A DNA stretch of 36,464 nucleotides from a virus: the IMG/VR virus record IMGVR_UViG_3300035040_000064. One strand, given 5' to 3'. How positions within the stretch are numbered: position 1 is the first letter of the stretch; each line of letters opens with the position of its first letter. Below are positions 13,959-22,834 of this stretch, one piece after another. The position numbers and the translations under genes are program-made. The notes under the pieces are model-generated. The model worked only from the letters and a program-made list of their open reading frames with translations, did not search any database and was not told the origin of the DNA.

Positions 13959-15167
13959 ATGGCAGAGACCTTTTTGCACGGCGTCGAGGTCGTCGAGATT
14001 ACCGACGGCCCGCGCCCCATCCAGACCGTGCGCAGCAGCGTGATCGGTGTGGTTGGCACCGCGCCGGATGCCGATGCAGAGGCATTCCCGGTTAATGTGC
14101 CGGTAATGATCGCAGGCAACCGCCTCGAAGCCGCCAAACTCGACACCGTAGGCGATGGAGCAGGAACCCTGCCCGACGCAATGGACGCCATTTTCGACCA
14201 GGCGGGTGCTGTGGTGGTGGTGATCCGCGTTGAGGAGGGCATCGATGATGCCACAACCCGCGCCAACATCATCGGCGGGGTCGACGCCGCGACCGGAGCC
14301 TACACCGGGGTTCAGGCGTTTCTTGCCGCCGAGACGGCGGTGGGCGTGGCGCCTCGCATTCTGTGCGCGCCAGGCTTTACCGGCGATCGCCCGGAAGACC
14401 CGGCGACGCCTGGCACCTATCTGGCCAACCCGGTGGTCTCTGAGCTGCTGGGCATTGCCGACCGGCTGCGGGCGGTGATTATCGCAGATGGGCCGGACAC
14501 CAACGATGCCGACGCCCAGACTTACGCGCAGGACTTCGGCAGCAAGCGGGTCTACGTGGTCGACCCCGGCGTCAAGGTACTCGACACCGATGGCAGTTTC
14601 GTCAACGAGCCGGCCAGTGCGCGGGTGGCTGGCATTATTGCCAAGTCAGACGCCGAGCGCGGCTTCTGGTGGAGCCCGTCCAACCGTCAGGTGTACGGCA
14701 TTGTCGGTACCACTCGCAGCGTAGACTTCGCCCTGGGTGACGCCAACAGCCGCGCGAACCTGCTCAACGAGGGCAATATCGCCACTATCATCCGCCAGGA
14801 TGGTTTCCGCCTCTGGGGCAATCGCACCCTTTCGGATGATCCGAAGTGGGCGTTCCTTTCTGTGGTGCGCACCGCCGACATGATCAGCGAAAGCCTCCTG
14901 CGCGCACACCTGTGGGCGGTGGATCGCAATATCACCAAGACATATCTGGAAGATGTTGTCGAAGGCGTCAACGCCTACCTGGCGCACCTGGTTCAGATCG
15001 GCGCGATCCTGGGCGGCCAATGCTGGGCCGACCCTGAGCTTAACACCCCGGATCAGCTCGAAGCCGGTAAGGTCTACTTTGATTTCGACTTCACCCCGCC
15101 GACCCCGGCAGAGCACATCACGTTCCGCTCGCGCCTGGTGAACGATTACTTTGAGGAGGTTATCTGA
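13959..15167 (+). CDS. Contractile tail sheath protein, P2 FI-like
   Basis: MAETFLHGVEVVEITDGPRPIQTVRSSVIGVVGTAPDAD... is the canonical sheath N-terminus. 402 aa. Confidence 0.9.
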   Translation: MAETFLHGVEVVEITDGPRPIQTVRSSVIGVVGTAPDADAEAFPVNVPVMIAGNRLEAAKLDTVGDGAGTLPDAMDAIFDQAGAVVVVIRVEEGIDDATTRANIIGGVDAATGAYTGVQAFLAAETAVGVAPRILCAPGFTGDRPEDPATPGTYLANPVVSELLGIADRLRAVIIADGPDTNDADAQTYAQDFGSKRVYVVDPGVKVLDTDGSFVNEPASARVAGIIAKSDAERGFWWSPSNRQVYGIVGTTRSVDFALGDANSRANLLNEGNIATIIRQDGFRLWGNRTLSDDPKWAFLSVVRTADMISESLLRAHLWAVDRNITKTYLEDVVEGVNAYLAHLVQIGAILGGQCWADPELNTPDQLEAGKVYFDFDFTPPTPAEHITFRSRLVNDYFEEVI

Positions 15168-15676
15168 TGCTGCCGAGAATTTTAAAGAACTTCAGCCTGT
15201 TTGTTGACGGGCGCGGCTATGCCGGAAAGGTCGATGAGCTGACCCTGCCCAAGCTCTCCCGCAAGATGGACGAGCACCGCGCCGGGGGCATGAACGCGCC
15301 GCTTGAGCTGGACATGGGGCTGGAAAAGCTCGAATGCGATTTCACCCTGGCCGAGTACAACGAGGAGGTGCTCAAGCTCTGGGGCCTCGACGATGTGGCC
15401 GGGTGCAGCCTCAAGTTTCGCGGCTCGCTGGAGGCCGACGACGCCGCCGCCACCAAGACCCCGGTCGAGGTGACGGTGCGCGGCCGCTGGCGCGAGCTGG
15501 ACGGCGGCAACTGGAAAGCCGGCGACAAGGCGACCCTCAAGGTGGCCGTGGCCGCCAGCTATTACAAGTACAACGCAAACGGCGTCGACCTGATCGAGAT
15601 CGACGTGCCGGGGATGGTCGAGAAGGTCAACGGCGTTGACCGCCTGGCTGCCACCCGCAAGAACATTGGCATGTAA
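15167..15676 (+). CDS. Tail tube protein, P2 FII-like
   Basis: MLPRILKNFSLFVDGRGYAGKVDELTLPKL...HRAGGM... is the canonical FII pattern. 169 aa. Confidence 0.9.
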   Translation: MLPRILKNFSLFVDGRGYAGKVDELTLPKLSRKMDEHRAGGMNAPLELDMGLEKLECDFTLAEYNEEVLKLWGLDDVAGCSLKFRGSLEADDAAATKTPVEVTVRGRWRELDGGNWKAGDKATLKVAVAASYYKYNANGVDLIEIDVPGMVEKVNGVDRLAATRKNIGM

Positions 15677-15688
15677 GTTTACGTGATG

Positions 15689-15715
15689 CGGCGGCGGGGC
15701 CGGCCCCCGCCGCCG
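15689..15715 (+). other. GC-rich hairpin between the tube and chaperone genes, abutting the gpE RBS
   Basis: CGGCGGCGGGG-CCGG-CCCCCGCCGCCG forms about 11 bp with one bulged C. The 3' arm runs into GGAGGAGG (15714-15721). Confidence 0.5.
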
Positions 15716-15729
15716 GAGGAGGATAAAGC

Positions 15730-15969
15730 ATGAGCCAGATTACCCTGCATCACCCGGTGACGGTCGACGGGCAGCAGATCAAGACCCTGACCCTGCGCCG
15801 CCCTAAAGTCAAAGACCAGCTCGCCGCCGATAAGGGTGCGGGCGGCAACGCCGACAAGGAAGTGCGGCTGTTCGCCAACCTCTGCGAAGTGGCGCCCAAG
15901 GTCATTGAAGAGCTGGATCTGGCCGACTACCGGCAGATTCAGGAGGCGTACAGCGGTTTTTTGTCCTAG
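15730..15969 (+). CDS. Tail assembly chaperone, P2 gpE-like
   Basis: 79 aa, positioned between the tube and the tape measure. It ends at a slippery site. Confidence 0.8.
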   Translation: MSQITLHHPVTVDGQQIKTLTLRRPKVKDQLAADKGAGGNADKEVRLFANLCEVAPKVIEELDLADYRQIQEAYSGFLS

Positions 15970-16109
15970 CGCCCGCCGCGCTGCGCCGCGCGGTGCTGGT
16001 GCTCAACAGCTACACCCGCTGGGGACATGACGAACTGATGGAGATGGCGGTGGAGGAGCTGGCCGCCTGGCTGGCGGAGATCCACGCCGTCTACGATAAA
16101 AAAGGCTGA
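15730..16109 (+). CDS. Tail assembly chaperone frameshift product, P2 gpE+E'-like (-1 shift at 15957-15963)
   Basis: After a -1 slip on T_TTT_TTG the frame reads VLAPAALRRAVLVLNSYTRWGHDELMEMAVEELAAWLAEIHAVYDKKG. It stops at TGA 16107-16109, 2 nt before the tape-measure ATG. Confidence 0.7.
15957..15963 (+). promoter_or_regulatory. Programmed -1 ribosomal frameshift heptamer T_TTT_TTG
   Basis: The zero frame reads GGT TTT TTG TCC TAG. This is the same heptamer type as the P2 E/E' site. Confidence 0.7.
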
Positions 16110-16111
16110 TT

Positions 16112-18586
16112 ATGGCGGACAAAAACCTCTCTTTAGGCGTGCGCATCGGCGCCACCCTCGACGGCACCTTCAACACCGTCGTCGGCGGCGCGCGGGCGAA
16201 ATTCGCCGCCCTGGGCAGCGAGATCAAGGGGATGGCGCAGCAGCGCGGCCTGATCGAGCGGGTCGAGCAAGACCAGGCGGCGCTGCAAAAGGCCCGCCTG
16301 AACCTGGAGAAGACCCAGGCGCAGGTGCGCGAGCTGAAGCTGGCCCTGCACAAAGACCCGCAAAACGCCGGGCTTGCCAAGGAGCTGGCGGCCACCCAGG
16401 CCAGAGCCGAAAAACTCTCGCGGGCCGTCACCAAGCAAAAGGGCGCTCTCGACAAGAGCACCACCGCCATGCGCAAGGCCGGCATCGAGGTCGGCGACAT
16501 GGCTCGCGAGTACAGCCGCCTGGGGCAGAGCCTCGACAAGACCAAGACCAAATACGAGGCGATGCAGCGCGCCATGGCCAGAAAGCAGGCCGCCGGTAAG
16601 CGCCTCGACGAGATGAAGGGCCGCATCCTCGGCATGGCCGGAGCGGTCTACGCCGCCGGGCGCATGATCGGCCAGGCCGCCGACTTTGAGGCCGCCGAAG
16701 TGCGCCTCTCGACGGTGCTCAACACCAAAGACTTGCCAGGAGACCTGGCCAAAGCCAAACAGCACGCCCTCGATTTTGCCCGCACCGGGCTCTCCAGCGA
16801 AACCGAAATGCTCGATATCCAATATGCCTTGAACAGCGCCGGGCTCGACGCCAGCGCCGCGCGGATGGGCTCGGATATCGTCGCCAAGGTCTCCAAGATC
16901 ACCAACGGCAGCGCCGAAGGGGTCGGCGAGGTGGTCGCCACCACCTTCAACAACCTGGGGTCCAGCCTGGAGGGAAGCGTTCAGGAGCGGCTGACGCGCA
17001 TCGGCGAGCTGCTGACCAAGGCCCAGTTCAAGTTTCAGATTCGCGACTTCGACCAGCTCGGCGAATCACTCAAGTACGCCACCCCGGCTCTGGCGCAGTT
17101 CGGCGTGCCGTTGGAGCAGGGCGTGACCCTGCTCGGCGAGCTCAACAGCGCCGGGATGCAGGGAAGCATGGCCGGCACCAGCCTGGCCGCCACCTTCAGG
17201 CAACTCGGCAAGGCCAGCAAGGAGTTTGGCTTTGAGATCTCCCGCGATGCCGACGGCAACCTCGATTTTGTCCAGACCCTGCAAAATCTCTCCGACAGCA
17301 TCGGCGGTTTTGACGGGATGGATCAGGCCACCATCGACCGCATGCAAAAAGCCTTCGGCGAGGAAGGACAGCGCGGCGTGGTGCTGCTCGGTAAAAAGCT
17401 GCAATCGCTCGCTCAGGATCAGCAGGAGGTCGCGGCCGGCAGCAAGGGGCTGATCGACAAGAGCTATCAGCGCTTCCTCAATTCCACCAGCGGCCAGATA
17501 ACCCTGTTGACCAACAACCTGCGGATTTTGGGGACTACCTTTGCCGGGACGTTGCTGCCGGCCGTCAACGCCGCGGTCAAGCCGCTGGCGGCAGCGGCCA
17601 AGTGGAGCGGTGCGCTGATCGAGCGATTTCCCATGGTCGGCAAGGTCATCGGCGCCGTGGCCGCCGTGGTCGGAATCTTTATCGGCGCGACCCTGGCCGC
17701 CACCGCCGCCTCCTGGCTGTGGAACGCCGCCCTGGTCGCCCCAGGCATCGGCACGCTGATAAGTAAAATCGGCGCCTTAAGCGGCGCGCAAATCGCCGCG
17801 ACCGCCACCACCAAGGCCGCCACCGCCGCCAGCTGGGCCTTGGGCGCGGCGCAAAAGGCCTGGGCTATCGGCTCGACCATCGTCACCACTGCAACCGCCG
17901 CCATCGGCACCGGCTTTCGCGTCATGGCGCTGGCGGTGATGAGCAACCCCATCGGCCTGGCGATTGCCGGCATCGCCCTGGCGGCCGGGCTGGTGATCAA
18001 ATACTGGGAGCCGATCAAGGGATTTTTTAGCGGCATTTGGGGCGGCATAAAATCTATCTTTACCGACGGCGTTGCCTTCCTGACCAAGGTCTGGGAGCTG
18101 TCGCCCTTGGGGCTGCTGTTCAAGGCCGGGCAAAAGCTGGCCGGCTTCGTCGGCGGGCTGTTCGGCGGTGACGACAAAAACCCCGCGCCGGGCGCGACGC
18201 AGGAACGCCAGCCGCCACCGGAGCAACCGCCACGCAGCGGCCGACTGCGCCGCGCAGCCGCCGCCGCGACCCTGGGCACGGCCCTGGCGGTCACTCCGGT
18301 GGCCGCGCAAACATCGAGGGTTCAGCCGCCAAAAGCGCCCACCGTCGCCGGGCAGGCCCTCTACGCCGGACACGTTCAACCAACCCAGGCGCCAGCTTTG
18401 CCGAGCGTGCCGCCGCCTGCCCGGAGCGGCGAGGCCGTCGGAACGCAAACCACCATCAACGCGCCGATCACCATCCACGCCGCGCCGGGAATGGACGAAC
18501 GACGGCTGGCCGCCGAAGTCAGCCGCGCTCTGGATGAGCGGCAGCGCCAGGCGCAGGCCCGCCAGCGGGGGGTGCTTTATGACTGA
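16112..18586 (+). CDS. Tail tape measure protein
   Basis: 824 aa with a coiled-coil N-terminus, a TP901-type core (...DIQYALNSAGL...), and Gly/Ala-rich hydrophobic segments. It is in the canonical position. Confidence 0.9.
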   Translation: MADKNLSLGVRIGATLDGTFNTVVGGARAKFAALGSEIKGMAQQRGLIERVEQDQAALQKARLNLEKTQAQVRELKLALHKDPQNAGLAKELAATQARAEKLSRAVTKQKGALDKSTTAMRKAGIEVGDMAREYSRLGQSLDKTKTKYEAMQRAMARKQAAGKRLDEMKGRILGMAGAVYAAGRMIGQAADFEAAEVRLSTVLNTKDLPGDLAKAKQHALDFARTGLSSETEMLDIQYALNSAGLDASAARMGSDIVAKVSKITNGSAEGVGEVVATTFNNLGSSLEGSVQERLTRIGELLTKAQFKFQIRDFDQLGESLKYATPALAQFGVPLEQGVTLLGELNSAGMQGSMAGTSLAATFRQLGKASKEFGFEISRDADGNLDFVQTLQNLSDSIGGFDGMDQATIDRMQKAFGEEGQRGVVLLGKKLQSLAQDQQEVAAGSKGLIDKSYQRFLNSTSGQITLLTNNLRILGTTFAGTLLPAVNAAVKPLAAAAKWSGALIERFPMVGKVIGAVAAVVGIFIGATLAATAASWLWNAALVAPGIGTLISKIGALSGAQIAATATTKAATAASWALGAAQKAWAIGSTIVTTATAAIGTGFRVMALAVMSNPIGLAIAGIALAAGLVIKYWEPIKGFFSGIWGGIKSIFTDGVAFLTKVWELSPLGLLFKAGQKLAGFVGGLFGGDDKNPAPGATQERQPPPEQPPRSGRLRRAAAAATLGTALAVTPVAAQTSRVQPPKAPTVAGQALYAGHVQPTQAPALPSVPPPARSGEAVGTQTTINAPITIHAAPGMDERRLAAEVSRALDERQRQAQARQRGVLYD

Positions 18587-18971
18587 GACCATGCTCGCTC
18601 TTGGCAACTACCGTTTTTCGGTCAGCAGCGCCGCCTACCAGAACCTTAAGCGCAGCGCCGCCTACCGATGGCCGGCGCAGGAGCGCCTGGGGCGATTGCC
18701 GGCGCGGCAGTTTGTCGGCCCCGGCGAGGAGACCATCAGCCTCGATGGCAGTATTTATCCACACTATAAGGGTGGACTCGGCCAGCTCGACAGCCTGCGG
18801 GCCATCGCCGGGCAGGGCTTGCCGCTGCGTCTGACCGACGGGCGCGGCATCGCCTGGGGCCAGTGGTGCGTGACCCAGATCGACGAGACGCAGACGGTCT
18901 TTTTTGCCGACGGCACGCCGCGCAAGGTCGATTTCAGCCTGACGCTGGCCCGCTACGGGGAGGACGCCTGA
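18579..18971 (+). CDS. Tail protein, P2 gpU-like
   Basis: MTETMLALGNYRFSVSSAAYQNLKRSAAYRWPAQERLGRLPARQFVGPGEETISLDGSIYP... is typical of gpU. The start overlaps the end of the tape-measure gene. Confidence 0.85.
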   Translation: MTETMLALGNYRFSVSSAAYQNLKRSAAYRWPAQERLGRLPARQFVGPGEETISLDGSIYPHYKGGLGQLDSLRAIAGQGLPLRLTDGRGIAWGQWCVTQIDETQTVFFADGTPRKVDFSLTLARYGEDA

Positions 18972-19177
18972 TGCAACAGTACCGCACCCGCGACGGAGAC
19001 ATGCTCGACGAGATTTGCCACAGCTATTACGGCTGCACCGTCGGGGCGGTGGAGGCGGTGCTGGAAGCCAACCCCGGCCTGGCGGCGCTCGGCGCGGCCT
19101 ATGCCGCCGGGGTGGTGATCGCCATGCCGGAGCTGCCGTCCACGGAAACCGCGCAAGCCATTCGCCTGTGGGATTGA
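18971..19177 (+). CDS. Tail protein, P2 gpX-like
   Basis: MQQYRTRDGDMLDEICHSYYG...VEAVLEANPGLA... is typical of gpX. TGATG overlap. Confidence 0.85.
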   Translation: MQQYRTRDGDMLDEICHSYYGCTVGAVEAVLEANPGLAALGAAYAAGVVIAMPELPSTETAQAIRLWD

Positions 19178-19178
19178 T

Positions 19179-20156
19179 ATGACGCCAGATTTTCGCATTA
19201 TCGCTGATTCGACCGACATTACCGCCGCCCTGCGCGACCGGCTGTTGTCGCTGAGCGTCAGTGATGCCGCCGGTATCGAGAGCGACACGCTGGAAATTAG
19301 CCTCGATGACCGAGGTGGAGTGATCGCCCTGCCGCGCACCGGCGCCGAACTGGCGGTGGAACTGGGATACATAGGCGCCGGTCTACAACGCATGGGGATC
19401 TATACCGTGGACGAGGTCGGGCTTTCCGGGCCGCCGCAGCAGATGACCATCCGCGCCCGCGCCGCCGATCTGCGCCAGGGCCTGAAAAAGCCGCGCACCC
19501 GCTCGTGGGATGAGGTATGGCTGGCCGATATCGTGCGCAGCATCGCCGCCGAACATGGCTACGAGGCGCGGGTCGGTCAGATGTTTGAGAGTGAGGCGCT
19601 GGTCCATATCGACCAGGCCGACGAGAGCGACCTGCATTTTTTGACCCGCCTGGCCAGGGAGCGCGGCGCGGTGGCCAAGCCTGCCGGGGGGTTGCTGCTG
19701 TTTGTGCCCGCCGGTGAGGCCAAGAGCGCCAGCGGCAAGACGCTGCCCGAGGTGAGCCTGATTGCTGGGCAGCTTTCGCGCTGGGAGGTGACCCTGGCCG
19801 AGCGCGGAAAGTACCCGGCGGTAATCGCCAAGTGGTTTGACGCTGCGGCCGCCAAGGAGCAGACCGTGACCGCCGGCAGCGGAGAGCCGGTCTTTACCAT
19901 TGGCCGCCGCTACCCGGACGAGCCCAGCGCCGCCAGCGCCGCCGAGGCCAGGCTTGACGCCTTTACTCGTGGCCTGGCCACGCTGCGCCTGAGCTGCCCA
20001 GGCGACCCGCTGCTGATGGCCGAAGGGAAGCTGACAGTAACCGGGTTGCGCAGCGGCGCCGACGGCGCCTGGAGCATGACCCGCGTGACCCACCGCCTGG
20101 ATGGCGGCGGCTATGTCTGCGACATCGAGGCGGAAACGCCCAAGGAGAGCGCATGA
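19179..20156 (+). CDS. Tail / late control protein, P2 gpD-like
   Basis: MTPDFRIIADSTDITAALRDRLLSLSVSDAAGIESDTLEISLDD... is the canonical gpD N-terminus. Confidence 0.85.
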   Translation: MTPDFRIIADSTDITAALRDRLLSLSVSDAAGIESDTLEISLDDRGGVIALPRTGAELAVELGYIGAGLQRMGIYTVDEVGLSGPPQQMTIRARAADLRQGLKKPRTRSWDEVWLADIVRSIAAEHGYEARVGQMFESEALVHIDQADESDLHFLTRLARERGAVAKPAGGLLLFVPAGEAKSASGKTLPEVSLIAGQLSRWEVTLAERGKYPAVIAKWFDAAAAKEQTVTAGSGEPVFTIGRRYPDEPSAASAAEARLDAFTRGLATLRLSCPGDPLLMAEGKLTVTGLRSGADGAWSMTRVTHRLDGGGYVCDIEAETPKESA

Positions 20157-20488
20157 ACGGCACCAGCGCCGCCACGGGAAAGAGCTTGACGGGGGTTGAC
20201 CACCTGCACCAGAGCATCCGCGATATTCTGACCACGCCGCTGGGCAGCCGGGTGATGCGCCGCGACTACGGTAGCCGTCTCTTTGAGCTGGTCGACCGCC
20301 CGGTCGACAAAGTGTTGCTGGTCGAAGTCTACGCCGCCACCGCCGAGGCGCTGGCGAAATGGGAGCCGCGACTCAAGCTCGACAGCGTGCAGGCCGCGCC
20401 GCTCGCCTCCGGCAAAATCAGTCTGACTTTGACCGGCCGCTATCGGCCGACGGGCCAGCCGGTGACCTTGGAAGGGATCATACTATGA
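20153..20488 (+). CDS. Baseplate wedge protein, P2 gpW / T4 gp25-like
   Basis: ...HLHQSIRDILTTPLGSRVMRRDYGSRLFELVD is the GPW_gp25 signature. Confidence 0.9.
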   Translation: MNGTSAATGKSLTGVDHLHQSIRDILTTPLGSRVMRRDYGSRLFELVDRPVDKVLLVEVYAATAEALAKWEPRLKLDSVQAAPLASGKISLTLTGRYRPTGQPVTLEGIIL

Positions 20489-21378
20489 GCACGACGCCGA
20501 TTGATTTGACCCGGCTGTCCGCCCCACAGGTGGTGGAAACTCTCAATTATGAGACGATCCTCGCCGCGCTGCGCGACGATCTGCAAAACCGCGACCCGGC
20601 CTTTACCGCCTTATTGGAGAGCGACCCGGCCTACAAGGTCCTCGAGGTCTGCGCCTACCGCGAGCTGTTAATCCGCCAAAGGGTCAACGACGCGGCCCGC
20701 GCGGTGCTTCTCGCCTATGCGACCGGCAGCGACCTCGACCACCTGGCCGCCCTCTACGGGGTGCAGCGGCAGCTGGTCGACCCCGGAGACCCGGTCGCGC
20801 TGCCGCCGGTGGCGGCCACTTATGAGAGTGACGCCGCCCTGCGCGCCCGCGTGCAGCTGGCCCCGGAGGGCTGGACCAGCGCCGGCAGCAGCAGCGCGTA
20901 CCGCTACCATGCCCTGTCGGCCGCGCCGCAGGTCAAGGATGTGTCAGTGCAAAGTCCCTCCCCTGGCGAAGTGCTGGTGACGGTGCTGTCTGCCGTCGCC
21001 CCCGGCGCCCCGGATGCGGCCCTGCTCGATGCGGTCGACGCGACCCTGTCAGACGAGACGGTGCGCCCCCTGTGCGACGGGGTGACGGTCCAGGCGGCGC
21101 AGATTATCCCCTACACCATCAGCGCCGCCCTGACCCTGCATCACGGCCCTGACGCGGAGGTGGTGCGGTGCTCAGCCGAGGCCGCAGCTCGCGCCTATGC
21201 CGAGGCCCAGCATCGCCTGGGGGCCGATATTACCCTGTCGGGCCTCTACGCGGCGCTGCATCAGCCGGGTGTGCAAAGCGTGACGCTGGCCTCCCCGGCG
21301 GCGGGGCTGGCCGTTGACGACAGCCAGGCCGCCTGGTGCCAGGCGCTCGCCGTGACCGTGGCGGGCCGCGATGAGTAG
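20485..21378 (+). CDS. Baseplate protein, P2 gpJ-like
   Basis: MSTTPIDLTRLSAPQVVETLNYETILAALRDDL...SDPAYKVLEVCAYRE is typical of Baseplate_J. Confidence 0.9.
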   Translation: MSTTPIDLTRLSAPQVVETLNYETILAALRDDLQNRDPAFTALLESDPAYKVLEVCAYRELLIRQRVNDAARAVLLAYATGSDLDHLAALYGVQRQLVDPGDPVALPPVAATYESDAALRARVQLAPEGWTSAGSSSAYRYHALSAAPQVKDVSVQSPSPGEVLVTVLSAVAPGAPDAALLDAVDATLSDETVRPLCDGVTVQAAQIIPYTISAALTLHHGPDAEVVRCSAEAAARAYAEAQHRLGADITLSGLYAALHQPGVQSVTLASPAAGLAVDDSQAAWCQALAVTVAGRDE

Positions 21379-22366
21379 CCATCTGTTGCCCCCCAACGCC
21401 AGCGCCGCCGAACGGGCGCTGAGCGAGGCCACCGCGCGCTTGGCCGATGTGCCGGTACCCGTGGGTACGCTGTGGGACCCGCAGGCCTGCCCGCCGCAGG
21501 TGCTGCCCTGGCTGGCCTGGGCACTGTCGGTCGATACCTGGAGCAGCGACTGGCCCGAGGCCGCAAAGCGGCAGGTCATCGCTCAGAGCATCGCCATACA
21601 CCGGCGCAAGGGGACGGTGTGGGCCGTGCGCGAAGCGCTGCGGGCTGCGGGTTATGCCGAGGCCATCATCTCGGAGGGCTTGCCGAAGCTGACACATGAT
21701 GGTGCGCAGCTCTACAGCGGCGAGGAGACGTATTTCGGAGGGAGCCGCTGGGCGCTCTTTGATGTGCTGGTCGACTTGGGCGAGATTGAGGGGGTCGACG
21801 CGGCGTCCAGGGCGCGCCTCACCGCCCTGATCGATATGGCCAAGCCCGCAAGCCGCCATCTGCGCCAGGTAGAGTTCAGCGCCCATATGGCCGACCAGGT
21901 GGGCACCCTTGAGCAGACCGCCACCACCGTTTCGCCCGCCCTCGAGGAGGAAGCTCACTTCGGTCTGACCTACGGCGGGCAAGTCAAGCACGACCAGGCG
22001 CAGCTCGTCGAAGGGCACGATCCGGTCTTTTTCGATGGGGTATGGCGACACAACGCAGAGCAGGGTTACAGCGGACAGAGCAAGTACAGCCTCTGGGACG
22101 TGACTGGCGAGCGCTACGCCAACGAGCGCAGCGCCCTGGAGATGGGGGTGATCCCCATGTCCGCCGGGGACGCCTACGCGCTTGTCTCCCCCTCTTACGA
22201 CGGACTGGCGGCGATGGACGGCGCGGCTCGGTATGGGGAAGCAACAGGCGCGCCCCGCGATGTGATGTCGATTACCCTCACCAGACAAGTGCGCCACAAC
22301 GGCAGACACTGCTTCGACGGAACGCGCCGCTTTGCAGCGACCTTTGTCGAATCTCTCACAGCATAA
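21371..22366 (+). CDS. Tail protein, P2 gpI-like, with a C-terminal extension of about 150 aa
   Basis: LLPPNASAAERALSEA...WDPQACPPQVLPWLAWALSVDTWSSDWPE...KRQVIAQSIAIHRRKGTVWAVREAL is the canonical gpI pattern. Confidence 0.9.
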   Translation: MSSHLLPPNASAAERALSEATARLADVPVPVGTLWDPQACPPQVLPWLAWALSVDTWSSDWPEAAKRQVIAQSIAIHRRKGTVWAVREALRAAGYAEAIISEGLPKLTHDGAQLYSGEETYFGGSRWALFDVLVDLGEIEGVDAASRARLTALIDMAKPASRHLRQVEFSAHMADQVGTLEQTATTVSPALEEEAHFGLTYGGQVKHDQAQLVEGHDPVFFDGVWRHNAEQGYSGQSKYSLWDVTGERYANERSALEMGVIPMSAGDAYALVSPSYDGLAAMDGAARYGEATGAPRDVMSITLTRQVRHNGRHCFDGTRRFAATFVESLTA

Positions 22367-22382
22367 AAGGAGGCCATCAAAG

Positions 22383-22823
22383 ATGAATCTGAGCGACACA
22401 CCAGCCCCCCCACGCGGAGTCCTGCATGTGCAGGTCTATCGCCACGGAGCCCTGATCGATGAATTCGAGGACGACAACCTCATCGTCAACGGCGCCCGCG
22501 ATGCCCTGGCGCAGCTCATCGGCGGCGACGGCGCTGGCAAAACCGTGGCGCAGATCGGCTTCGGTACGAGCGGCGACGGGCCAAGCCCGGACGACGCCGC
22601 CTTGACGGGCGCGTATGTCAAAAACCTTTCGGGGCGCACCTATCCCGCGCCAGGGCAGGTCGAATTTAGTTGGAGTCTGGCCACGAGCGAGGCCAACGGC
22701 AAGGCGATACGGGAATTCGGGCTCGTGTGTTCGGATGGGTCGCTTTTCTCGCGCAAGGTGCGCGGGGCGATCGAAAAAGAGTCGGATATCAGCCTCTCGG
22801 GGACGTGGACCATTACATTTTAA
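22383..22823 (+). CDS. Putative tail fibre / baseplate-associated structural protein (unassigned family)
   Basis: AAAGGAGG RBS. 146 aa, predicted beta-rich, between gpI and the fibre gene. Confidence 0.4.
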   Translation: MNLSDTPAPPRGVLHVQVYRHGALIDEFEDDNLIVNGARDALAQLIGGDGAGKTVAQIGFGTSGDGPSPDDAALTGAYVKNLSGRTYPAPGQVEFSWSLATSEANGKAIREFGLVCSDGSLFSRKVRGAIEKESDISLSGTWTITF

Positions 22824-22834
22824 GGAGTTAAATC

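Noticed and set aside
18755-18763. A perfect DnaA-box consensus TTATCCACA.
   Set aside because: It is a single copy inside the gpU coding region, far from the iteron and AT-rich origin. It is most likely a chance occurrence.
21230-22399. A 389-aa - strand ORF, with similar long antisense or alternative-frame ORFs at 3928-4638, 5927-6640, 12812-13531, 16003-16822, 17467-18607, 19383-20093 and 22988-23758.
   Set aside because: All are nested in or antisense to well-supported structural genes. They are Arg/Gly/Pro/Ala-rich and lack start signals. They are GC-bias artefacts.
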